Below, in pieces: positions 55,596 to 64,000 of a DNA stretch of 64,000 nt. The stretch's first letter is position 1, and the number at the start of each line of letters is the position of its first letter. The notes under the pieces were generated by a model. That model made no database searches. It was not told the origin of the DNA and was given only the letters and a program-made list of their open reading frames with translations. The position numbers and the translations under genes were made by a program. Location of the stretch: sequence record MK250019.1; one strand, 5' to 3'.

Positions 55596-55994
55596 ATGAA
55601 AGAACTAAATTCATTCAAAGAATTATTTACATGGAATAAAGAAGAACAGCAAGATTTAGAATTTGAAAATTTGAATCTTGTAACTGCTGTTTATTCTGCT
55701 AAACGTATAGAAATGTTAAGGGATGAATTTAAAAGTACTTATAAGAAACTTACAGATTTATTAGATATTAGGAAATCTGATAAATTACTCAAAGACAGAA
55801 TAAAAGAATTTAATGCAGAACAATGGATACAACATGTATATTCATATATGAATGCATCTGTTAGAAAATATGAAGATTTAACATATGCAATAAATTTTCA
55901 TAATATATTATTTCCGGATGAACCTGCATTAGGATTAACAGAAGATGAAATTAAGATTATAAATCAAATAAAAGGTATAGAAATAATCATATAA
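55596..55994 (+). CDS. Hypothetical protein
   Basis: 132 aa. Confidence 0.7.
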   Translation: MKELNSFKELFTWNKEEQQDLEFENLNLVTAVYSAKRIEMLRDEFKSTYKKLTDLLDIRKSDKLLKDRIKEFNAEQWIQHVYSYMNASVRKYEDLTYAINFHNILFPDEPALGLTEDEIKIINQIKGIEIII

Positions 55995-56050
55995 AATGGG
56001 GATTACTTGGTGTGCTGTCAGTAATCCCCCTGTGCTTGTTTAATAGTTAT

Positions 56051-56440
56051 TTAAAATATGCAGTGAAGTAAACTGCCGATGCAGATTACCAATGTATACT
56101 TTAACATGTCCTTATGATCGCATACATCACAAGTTTCTGCTTGCATATGATGTACATAACAAGACTGTACAATCATTGCTAATATTGAGAATGTAAAACC
56201 ACATAAAATAGAAATTAAAAACCATGCAATAAACATGATAGAATTTCCATTATTTGTTTTTACATCATTCCAAACTTCTTTGAGGATTTCCCATAGATAC
56301 AATCCAAAAGTTACGAAGAACTTTTTTACTGATTCAAATGTTAAACCTTTAAAAAAGTTTACTAGATTAATAAATGAACTTAACATATTAGATAATAAAT
56401 AACTATTTTTAGGAAGTATAATAATTTGTTTATTATACAT
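56051..56440 (-). CDS. Hypothetical membrane protein
   Basis: Hydrophobic segments; lone minus-strand gene. Confidence 0.55.
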   Translation of the reverse strand: MYNKQIIILPKNSYLLSNMLSSFINLVNFFKGLTFESVKKFFVTFGLYLWEILKEVWNDVKTNNGNSIMFIAWFLISILCGFTFSILAMIVQSCYVHHMQAETCDVCDHKDMLKYTLVICIGSLLHCIF

Positions 56441-56513
56441 ATATATTTATTATAGACAAAATTAGAACTTTATTATACAAACATAAGTAAAGACAGATTA
56501 GAATATAAAAAAT

Positions 56514-57056
56514 ATGGTAAAACAAAAATATAATTTATCAATAGCGGAAGAAATGTCTTATGATGAAGATATTATTTGCTTCTGGAAACCTTATGGTAAT
56601 GACACAATAGGTCCTCATGTATTTTGTCAGTGGTATAAATCAAATTTCATTGATGAAAATAATATAAAGTTTTCATGTACTGAACAATATATGATGTTTA
56701 AAAAGGCTATGTTATTTGGTGATAAACAAATTGCATATCAGATTTTGTTGGAAACTGATCCATCTAAAATGAAAAAGTATGGAAGACTCATTAAGAATTT
56801 TGATGATAAAATTTGGAATGAAAATAAGTTTACTATTGTTTATAATGGTAATTATTTGAAGTTTACACAGAATGACGAATTAAAGAAATATATTAAATCA
56901 ACTGGTAATTCTATATTAGTTGAAGCAAGCCCATATGATAATATTTGGGGTGTAAAATTATCTGCAGATAATGATGATATTTTATATCCAGAGAAATGGA
57001 AAGGCGAAAATCTTTTGGGATTTGCATTGATGCAAGTAAGAGATGATATAAAATAA
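56514..57056 (+). CDS. NADAR (YbiA-like) family hydrolase
   Basis: FCQWY, TEQYMMFKKAMLFGD, KFTQN, LVEASPYDNIWG, GENLLGFALMQVR. Confidence 0.92.
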   Translation: MVKQKYNLSIAEEMSYDEDIICFWKPYGNDTIGPHVFCQWYKSNFIDENNIKFSCTEQYMMFKKAMLFGDKQIAYQILLETDPSKMKKYGRLIKNFDDKIWNENKFTIVYNGNYLKFTQNDELKKYIKSTGNSILVEASPYDNIWGVKLSADNDDILYPEKWKGENLLGFALMQVRDDIK

Positions 57057-57076
57057 TATTTAATTTTTAAATTTTA

Positions 57077-57598
57077 ATGACAATGAATATTAATGAAATT
57101 ATAGAAGAATTGAAAACTTTTTCTGATGAAGATATAATTAAGTTTAATAAAGTATTTTCTGATTTTTATAAGCCATACAAGAAGAAGGAAAATGAGATAA
57201 AGAAAAAACTCAAGAAACAGAAAGAGGAATTGCAGAAAGTGGAAGCAATTAAAGCAGGTGATAAACTTTGTGAAATTTATGGTATTAATGCATATCCTAT
57301 TTCTATTGTTCATAAAGCATGGGATTGTCCATATAATAGATGGCTTGATGATTGTATAGGGGATGATGAGAATATCGGTGATTTATTTGATAATCCAACA
57401 GAAGGATATACAAATGATGATATTGAAAATATAGAAAATACATTTTACGAGTATTTTTATAATTTTATGTTTGATGAAGATAAGGATTCAAGAAATCTTC
57501 GTCCGGGTAGATCATTGTATAGAGTTTATGTAAAAAACACTAATGGTGAAATAAAAGATATTGATGAAGATGAAATTAGAACTTTTATGCAAGGTTAA
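57077..57598 (+). CDS. Hypothetical protein
   Basis: 173 aa. Confidence 0.7.
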   Translation: MTMNINEIIEELKTFSDEDIIKFNKVFSDFYKPYKKKENEIKKKLKKQKEELQKVEAIKAGDKLCEIYGINAYPISIVHKAWDCPYNRWLDDCIGDDENIGDLFDNPTEGYTNDDIENIENTFYEYFYNFMFDEDKDSRNLRPGRSLYRVYVKNTNGEIKDIDEDEIRTFMQG

Positions 57599-57860
57599 AA
57601 ATTATATAAAATATAAAACACCTTGGCGATACGTTACTTATAATAGAAGACTATATAAAGGAGATAACATGTATATTGATTTTAGTTGGAGGCGAGAACG
57701 ACATTGCTCTTTAGGATTCTATTATGACGGTAATCTTCATACAGATATATTTACAAATAATGAAGAATGGTTTGTAAATAGACTTTATATAAATTTTATA
57801 TTCGCAACTATAAAGATAACAACGAAAAGAAAATTGTATTGTATACGAAATTATGATTGA
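57561..57860 (+). CDS. Hypothetical protein (start uncertain)
   Basis: ORF in the operon. Confidence 0.5.
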   Translation: MMKMKLELLCKVKNYIKYKTPWRYVTYNRRLYKGDNMYIDFSWRRERHCSLGFYYDGNLHTDIFTNNEEWFVNRLYINFIFATIKITTKRKLYCIRNYD

Positions 57861-58218
57861 TAACTCAAAGGAATATATTGTATGTGCTGCATATCTTCAG
57901 ACAAAGAATACAGCAAATAGACAATATATGATAGATACAATGAATAAAGATCCTAAAAGTATATATCATAAACCGCATGATGAAGTTTTTGATATGAGAT
58001 TGGGATTTAGACATCCTGATATTATATATCAATTTAAAGATGAAATTAATTCATTTGAATCTGATGGTGGTTTTATGACTTCTAAAGGTAGATATGTTGA
58101 TAGAATAGAAGCGATGAAAATAGCATATGAATGTGGTCAGGTAACTAAAGAAAGAGCGTTAAGAAACGATGATAGTAATATAAAATATTGGCCATTATAT
58201 TCAGAAGATATTTATTGA
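57853..58218 (+). CDS. Phage hypothetical protein
   Basis: GFRHPDI...GFMTSKGRYVDRIEAMKIA...LYSEDIY. Confidence 0.75.
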   Translation: MIDNSKEYIVCAAYLQTKNTANRQYMIDTMNKDPKSIYHKPHDEVFDMRLGFRHPDIIYQFKDEINSFESDGGFMTSKGRYVDRIEAMKIAYECGQVTKERALRNDDSNIKYWPLYSEDIY

Positions 58219-58240
58219 AAAATATTACATTATTTCAAAA

Positions 58241-58531
58241 ATGATGACATTAAAAGAAGCAATAGAACATGCAACAGAAATTTCAGAAACATGCGATAAT
58301 AAAGAATGCGGTTTAGATCATAAACAATTAGCAAATTGGCTTACTGAACTTGAAGAATTGAGGGAAGAACATAAGCAGAATGTGATGAATATGCTAGCAA
58401 CAGACTATGCAGAAAATCATACATCTAATGTTGAATACCGTTATACAAATTGTACTGTTAGAGATTTTTATAATGCAAATAAAGCAGCATACATTGCTGG
58501 ATTTAAAGAAGGATTAAAATATAAAGAATGA
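58241..58531 (+). CDS. Hypothetical protein
   Basis: MTLKEAIEH...CGLDHKQLANWLTEL. Confidence 0.7.
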   Translation: MMTLKEAIEHATEISETCDNKECGLDHKQLANWLTELEELREEHKQNVMNMLATDYAENHTSNVEYRYTNCTVRDFYNANKAAYIAGFKEGLKYKE

Positions 58532-58758
58532 GAGATATAAAGAAAGGTGAGCATATGCATTCATATGCAGTAGGGCCATGCCATGATGAAATAAGATGGA
58601 TATTTCCAAAAGATTTTGACGGTCTTGATGATGAAGCATATTATGAAATAGAATATGACTATCATTATGCATCAGATCCATTTGATTTTTCTTGCACATA
58701 TAATGTAACATATATTAAGAAAGTTGATGCTTCTCTATATCATATATTTAATTTTTAA
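58528..58758 (+). CDS. Hypothetical protein
   Basis: ATGA-coupled. Confidence 0.65.
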   Translation: MRDIKKGEHMHSYAVGPCHDEIRWIFPKDFDGLDDEAYYEIEYDYHYASDPFDFSCTYNVTYIKKVDASLYHIFNF

Positions 58759-58833
58759 ATCATTATAATGATACACAAGCACATCAGATTCATTTATGGA
58801 ATGGTTTAATAAACATTATACATTAAATTGTAA

Positions 58834-59172
58834 ATGAAATTAGATAATTATGAATTGGTAATATCTTTTGCTATGCCTTGTTATTTATATATTGAAGGTG
58901 AGTCAAAAGAAAAATTTTATGTAGATGAACAAACATGTGATTATTATCTATTTAAAGACATTGATAATGTTCCAAAATATTGGAAACTTATGTTATATAA
59001 ACCTGATAATATAGAGCATGTGAATAAAGGTAATATTCATTTATGTAAATGGTTAGTTAATGAAAGTTATCATGATTTTGTATCAAATGATGATAATGAT
59101 GACAGTAATGATGATACAGATTATGAATATTATGAATGGGATTTTAAAAATCATTGTATAAAAAAAGATTAA
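58834..59172 (+). CDS. Hypothetical protein
   Basis: 112 aa. Confidence 0.65.
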   Translation: MKLDNYELVISFAMPCYLYIEGESKEKFYVDEQTCDYYLFKDIDNVPKYWKLMLYKPDNIEHVNKGNIHLCKWLVNESYHDFVSNDDNDDSNDDTDYEYYEWDFKNHCIKKD

Positions 59173-59173
59173 T

Positions 59174-59404
59174 ATGAAATACCGAATATTAAAAGAAGAG
59201 AAAGGATTCCGTGCACAAGTTCAACTTGAAAGTAAACGGTTCGGAAAGTATTTTGAATATATTGAAGAAGACGGAAATCTTAATTCATGCCCAATAACTC
59301 ATTATTATGAAACTGAACAAGAAGCTATTGAAGCATGTAAGAAACATCATGTAAAAATGGGTTATGATAAACTTCCAAAAGTTGTTGACGAATTTGAATT
59401 GTAA
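59174..59404 (+). CDS. Hypothetical protein
   Basis: 76 aa. Confidence 0.65.
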   Translation: MKYRILKEEKGFRAQVQLESKRFGKYFEYIEEDGNLNSCPITHYYETEQEAIEACKKHHVKMGYDKLPKVVDEFEL

Positions 59405-59409
59405 TTATT

Positions 59410-59811
59410 ATGTGGTTAGCAAGAAATCAAGGACATGATACATTATCTGGTAAATACATACCAGGTGATTTATATCTTTATATGAAAAAACCTAAACGTG
59501 CAAATTCATTTAAGGGATCATTACTAGAAGATATACATACAGAAAATGATATATGGACTGCGAGATGTCCAAAAATGAAATATGATAAAGAATCATTTTC
59601 TGATTTGAAATATGAAGATGAACCTATTGAGGTTGATTTAGATATTAAATATAATAGATGGGATCAAGATATTTACAAATATCTATTGAGAATTAAAGAA
59701 ATTACAGATACTTATAAAAATCCGTTAATAAATGATTCTGGAGGTGCATCTATTTGTAATGACATTGATAAAAAAGTAGATGAACTAATTAAAATGGTTT
59801 TATTTAAATAA
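59410..59811 (+). CDS. Hypothetical protein
   Basis: 133 aa. Confidence 0.65.
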   Translation: MWLARNQGHDTLSGKYIPGDLYLYMKKPKRANSFKGSLLEDIHTENDIWTARCPKMKYDKESFSDLKYEDEPIEVDLDIKYNRWDQDIYKYLLRIKEITDTYKNPLINDSGGASICNDIDKKVDELIKMVLFK

Positions 59812-59838
59812 TTACTTTTTAATTCCAAATAAAATATG

Positions 59839-59846
59839 TATCTTTG
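59839..59846 (+). promoter_or_regulatory. Bacteroidetes-type -7 promoter element
   Basis: ATGTATCTTTGCA upstream of 59876. Confidence 0.65.
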
Positions 59847-59875
59847 CATATATAAAATAATTAAAATTATATATT

Positions 59876-60337
59876 ATGAATAAGGTAGAGATACAACAAT
59901 ATTTAAATAAAGTCAATTCTTATATTGATTATAAAGTTGGTGATTGGGTAGAAACATGTAATATGTTACCTGGTATTGTTCAAGAAATTAATAATTATTA
60001 TGATAGTAGAAAATTAATGCAATGTTTTGTGGATGATGTTGTAATTTTCTATCCTCATGAAACTATTAATAATGACAATTATCGCGGAGGTACATGTTGT
60101 TCAATACTGAATTGCGGTGTTCATAAAATTTCGCAAGAATATGCAAAAATTTTATTTGCGATAGGACGAGAAACGTTAGTAAAATTGTGGAGTACTACTT
60201 ATTTAAAAAGTGATAATACAAAGCAATGGTCTGATATTGTTATTGAACATTATAACAATAATATTGAAAAATATAAAAATAACGGAGTTGAATTATTTAA
60301 TATAGGTGAAGAATATTCACGTAAAATTAAAAAATAA
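59876..60337 (+). CDS. Hypothetical protein
   Basis: 153 aa. Confidence 0.7.
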   Translation: MNKVEIQQYLNKVNSYIDYKVGDWVETCNMLPGIVQEINNYYDSRKLMQCFVDDVVIFYPHETINNDNYRGGTCCSILNCGVHKISQEYAKILFAIGRETLVKLWSTTYLKSDNTKQWSDIVIEHYNNNIEKYKNNGVELFNIGEEYSRKIKK

Positions 60338-60340
60338 ATT

Positions 60341-60760
60341 ATGGATATTAAATCAAATAAAGCAGGATTATATTTTGAAAATGCATATGGTATATGTGAA
60401 ACTAGAACATATTATCCAGAGAATTATGATCCTGAAAAAGATACGAATTTCATGAGAGATTTATCATATGATAAATCTTGGAAGGATAATCAACCAGAAC
60501 AAGTATTTTGGAATGAAAATTTCATGAAAAGTACTGATATTTTTAAAACATTTACATTCTATTATGCGGAATTTAATCATCCTACTCTGGAACCTGCTAT
60601 ATATGGAGCAAGTACAAATCGAGGATTTATGTGGAAATTCAGTTCCGAAAAAGATCTAAAATGTTCTATGCGTAGATCACTTGGATCTATTTATAAAACA
60701 ATGTTGAAAGATGGTTATATTAAAATCAAAGTTGGTCACGAATCTTATACACCAAATTAA
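60341..60760 (+). CDS. Hypothetical protein
   Basis: 139 aa. Confidence 0.7.
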   Translation: MDIKSNKAGLYFENAYGICETRTYYPENYDPEKDTNFMRDLSYDKSWKDNQPEQVFWNENFMKSTDIFKTFTFYYAEFNHPTLEPAIYGASTNRGFMWKFSSEKDLKCSMRRSLGSIYKTMLKDGYIKIKVGHESYTPN

Positions 60761-60770
60761 ATAGTTATAT

Positions 60771-61058
60771 ATGTATTATAAAGTAAAACATAAAGAAACA
60801 GGTTTGTATTATCAACCTACAACATCATCAGGATCTAATTTAGGTAAAAATGGTAAAATATATGCAACAACCAGTTCATGCTTAAGTGGTAATGAAGATT
60901 ATATAGGAATAACTATTAAAAAAGAATCAGTTGTGTATAAGAAATATATAAATATTTTAAGTGAAAAGTATGTAGATGAAGCATGTGCATACAATAAGCA
61001 TAGATATGTATTTTATAAAATACCAAAAACTGATTTTGAAAAAGAATATATTAAATAA
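60771..61058 (+). CDS. Hypothetical protein
   Basis: 95 aa. Confidence 0.7.
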   Translation: MYYKVKHKETGLYYQPTTSSGSNLGKNGKIYATTSSCLSGNEDYIGITIKKESVVYKKYINILSEKYVDEACAYNKHRYVFYKIPKTDFEKEYIK

Positions 61059-61062
61059 AATT

Positions 61063-61221
61063 ATGAATACATCAACACAACAAATAAATAATCACTTTAC
61101 ATTTGAAGAAGAAATATTTATGAATGATTGTTTTTACCATGAAATTGAATCATTAGATGATAAAGAATTAGAAGAACGTTACAAAGAATATTGTGATTTA
61201 TTGTCTGAAATGAATTATTAA
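61063..61221 (+). CDS. Small hypothetical protein
   Basis: Likely start ATG 61063. Confidence 0.55.
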   Translation: MNTSTQQINNHFTFEEEIFMNDCFYHEIESLDDKELEERYKEYCDLLSEMNY

Positions 61222-61230
61222 AAATATAAT

Positions 61231-61271
61231 AAAATAGGTGATATAACATCGGAAGTTATATCACCTATTTT
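61231..61271. terminator. Bidirectional intrinsic terminator
   Basis: AAAATAGGTGATATAAC...GTTATATCACCTATTTT between convergent genes. Confidence 0.85.
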
Positions 61272-63380
61272 TTATTCATATAGTTTAATTTCAATACCTA
61301 ATTTATTTGCTTTCTTCATTTTACTTGATGTTGAATTTAAATCATCAGTAAATAATATTTTACATTCGGACCATACTGTAGTTTCTTCATATTCTGGATG
61401 TATATTTAAGAAATCTTTTTTTGTTGAAAAACCGAATGCTTTTGGAGATCCAGTCATAATAATCTTTATTTTTTCGTTATTATCCTTACTGTTTTCTTTT
61501 GTTGATATATCGATATTAAGTAAATTAACAACATTCATAACCAGATTATATTCTTCACTGTTTTTATCTAATGCCCAATTATAAGATACTGAACTGAAAC
61601 TTGATGTCGAATATTCCTCATTTCTTATAATCTTCGCACATAATGCAGATGCTCTATGTCCACATGTCTTAAAGCAAAAACTTAATATAATATCTTCCAA
61701 TGTAAGATGATTCCTATATTCTCTTAAATTATTAACAATATTTGTATATGTTTTTGTTTCACCAAATGTTTTTGTAATAAGATCTAAATTATTATCAGAC
61801 ATTAAATAAACAATATTAGTTAAATCTTTAATGTCATTATGTAACCCATCCCATAATGTATTTGCAGCAGCTGGACCTATAGTATTAATATTTAATGCAG
61901 TAGCAGAAGCTAAAAACTTATTTTTATTAAATTCATTATGTGATTTAAAAATCTTCATAAGATGCATATTACCAGAAGTTTCTGTTATTACTTCAGAATC
62001 ATTTGGTAAATTAATATTATCAATACCTGATGGCTTAACAATTTCATATACAAAAGGAATTATATCACCTGCTAATGAAATTCTTACTTCTGAACCAATA
62101 CCACATTTATTCTTAATGATATAATTATAATTATGTAAAGAAGCTTTCTTTAATTCTTTTCCATCAAGGTAAATTGGTTCAATTATAGCTTTAGGAAAAT
62201 ATTCTCCTGTTTTCTTTACATTCCATTCAATATCAATAATATGTGTTGAATTTATCATAGGAATAAATTTCATGGCAACACAATCTACTGGTCGTACTCT
62301 ATCTTCATTATATAATCTATTTGAACAAGATGGTTTAAATACAATACCATCCAATGCATATACAGATTCATTATTTCTGAATTTATTATATTCATCATAT
62401 ATACCTGATAACATTTTACCTGTTATTCTGCTTGAATATGAATGTAACTGACAATATTTTGTTTTTGGTAATTCTCCAATATAACCGATATAATTACTTA
62501 ATATTTTATATGTAGGATCATTTTTATTAATCCATGATAATTCTGTATACTTTTTAGATACAGTATTATATATTCTATAATCATAACATACAAAATGTAA
62601 ATCATTATGTAGAATAAGATTTGGATGTATATCTGAAAGTTTTCTACCTAATAACCCTGCAACATAAGAACGAGGATTAGTAAATTCATCTGCATATTTT
62701 TCATTGAAATCTTTAACAGGTACAAGAACTTCTCCTCTGATACATAAAATATCATTTTGTGTAAGAATATTTTGACAGCATTCCTTAATCTTTGTCCATT
62801 CTTTTAAAATCTTTGGTTTAATCCAATGACTAATATCAGTACCATAATTACCGTCACCACGTGTTGCACATGATATGAATTTGTAATTATGATTTTCATC
62901 TACTGTAAATTCAGCACTAAATGAACAACCATCTAATTTTGGTGTTGTTTCAAAATATTTAGTGTTTGATGATTTATCTATATATTTAGATATTTCATCA
63001 GCAAAATAATTCATATCAACATTACCTGTTTCTTTATCTTGCTTAATCTGAACTTTTGATAAAGAACCCATAATGAAACTATGTTTGATAGTATAATTTG
63101 CATGTTTAGCTGTACTTTTACTACCTACATAATTATTATTTTCTAATCCTATATATGTTTCAAGAGCATCAAATTTATAATCATCAATAATTTCTTTTTG
63201 GGTATTATAATATGCGTCTTTACATATATTCAATAAATCAGTAATCTCATCATTACTTAATATAGATTTAATTTCATCTACATTATATTTTGATAGTTCA
63301 TTACGTAATGACATTATTTTATCATCTGTATAATTATTTTGTTTAATATCAAAGATTAAACTCTTAATAGTACTTATCAT
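61272..63380 (-). CDS. ligA: NAD-dependent DNA ligase
   Basis: TPKLDGCS, ATRGDG, IRGEV, LDGIVFK, OB fold (ASLHN, AGDIIP) and C-terminal BRCT (TGSP...SSKMKKANKLGI). Confidence 0.95.
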   Translation of the reverse strand: MISTIKSLIFDIKQNNYTDDKIMSLRNELSKYNVDEIKSILSNDEITDLLNICKDAYYNTQKEIIDDYKFDALETYIGLENNNYVGSKSTAKHANYTIKHSFIMGSLSKVQIKQDKETGNVDMNYFADEISKYIDKSSNTKYFETTPKLDGCSFSAEFTVDENHNYKFISCATRGDGNYGTDISHWIKPKILKEWTKIKECCQNILTQNDILCIRGEVLVPVKDFNEKYADEFTNPRSYVAGLLGRKLSDIHPNLILHNDLHFVCYDYRIYNTVSKKYTELSWINKNDPTYKILSNYIGYIGELPKTKYCQLHSYSSRITGKMLSGIYDEYNKFRNNESVYALDGIVFKPSCSNRLYNEDRVRPVDCVAMKFIPMINSTHIIDIEWNVKKTGEYFPKAIIEPIYLDGKELKKASLHNYNYIIKNKCGIGSEVRISLAGDIIPFVYEIVKPSGIDNINLPNDSEVITETSGNMHLMKIFKSHNEFNKNKFLASATALNINTIGPAAANTLWDGLHNDIKDLTNIVYLMSDNNLDLITKTFGETKTYTNIVNNLREYRNHLTLEDIILSFCFKTCGHRASALCAKIIRNEEYSTSSFSSVSYNWALDKNSEEYNLVMNVVNLLNIDISTKENSKDNNEKIKIIMTGSPKAFGFSTKKDFLNIHPEYEETTVWSECKILFTDDLNSTSSKMKKANKLGIEIKLYE

Positions 63381-63469
63381 ATATTATAATTTTGTTTAAT
63401 TACTCATATATTTTATTGTATTATGAATAAAAAGTTTATGATATATTTTTTTATTAGGAAATAAATGTG

Positions 63470-63477
63470 TATCTTTG
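63470..63477 (+). promoter_or_regulatory. Bacteroidetes-type -7 promoter element
   Basis: GTGTATCTTTGTA upstream of 63525. Confidence 0.6.
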
Positions 63478-63524
63478 TAATGTAAATAATAAACAAGAAG
63501 TTAAACATTTAAAAATATATAATT

Positions 63525-63926
63525 ATGTTATCATATACAGATTTATCATCAGAAGAGTTCCTTTCAAAGGGTATTAAGAAGTCTTATCAAGCTATGTTGA
63601 TTCCAGAAATTCAGCAAATGATTAAGACTATTGATGAATTGCATGAAACAATTCAGAAGATGTCTCAGAAGGAAGAAGAGCTTCAGCATGAAATTGAGGT
63701 TCGAGATGCACAGCTTAATACACCAGAACATGAAGTTGCACTTGCAATTAAGAAGATGATGCAATCAACCGCAGAGTCTGTAGTTGATACAAAGACTCCA
63801 TCTATTGTTCGTGAACAAGTTTCTAAGCATATGGAAGTATCTGTTGAAACAGAAGCAGAATATGACCCATATTCTGGATGTCGTGATCCATATTACACAT
63901 CAACTGCAGAAGTTTCATGGAAGTAA
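63525..63926 (+). CDS. Hypothetical coiled-coil protein
   Basis: 133 aa; followed by the hairpin AAAGAGTTGAAT/ATTCAACTCTTT. Confidence 0.75.
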   Translation: MLSYTDLSSEEFLSKGIKKSYQAMLIPEIQQMIKTIDELHETIQKMSQKEEELQHEIEVRDAQLNTPEHEVALAIKKMMQSTAESVVDTKTPSIVREQVSKHMEVSVETEAEYDPYSGCRDPYYTSTAEVSWK

Positions 63927-64000
63927 TTTAAACTAAATAACATTAAAGAGTTGAATATAAACAAACTTTATTCAACTCTTTTCTTATAATAATATAAGAA

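Noticed and set aside
56051-56440. Holin call for the lone membrane protein
   Set aside because: No endolysin or spanin nearby and no recognisable holin motif; left as a hypothetical membrane protein.

Overview
Very AT-rich 64-kb segment of a T4-like jumbo (Lak-type) phage, most likely infecting a Bacteroidetes host. The host inference rests on six TAnnTTTG host-type promoters, a Bacteroidetes-type Hc1 gene and BACON-like proteins. The phage reads TAG as a sense codon (code 15, Gln), so the supplied code-11 ORF track fragments many genes. I re-read them by hand with TAG=Gln; most close cleanly on TAA/TGA, and the longest were spot-checked rather than read codon by codon. Contents by block: 1-16 kb is virion/baseplate (RuvC-like resolvase, S74-chaperoned tail fibre, gp6, gp25, 1804-aa gp7-like protein). 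16-31 kb is a leftward block (candidate small terminase, HExxH peptidase, Pth2-like gene, tRNA with a UUA anticodon, Hc1, a split RNA ligase, clamp loader, sigma factor, second RNA ligase, glycosyltransferase). 31-64 kb is mostly small early genes plus gp4, PARG macrodomain, DinG-like helicase, two more glycosyltransferase paralogs, FTR-like protein, NADAR and NAD-dependent DNA ligase. Most notable: (i) a radical SAM enzyme followed by five tandem genes sharing an N-terminal MKxxxRxxVFETNSSSxH motif on divergent bodies; (ii) an RNA ligase cut into three pieces by two different TnpB-only elements, one itself recoded with 11 TAGs; (iii) a putative ochre-type (UUA) suppressor tRNA next to a leader mini-ORF and a Pth2-like gene; (iv) TAG use segregated between late genes and host-promoter-driven genes, including ATG-TAG starts. 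Two N gaps lie at about 31240-31360 and 48329-48350.
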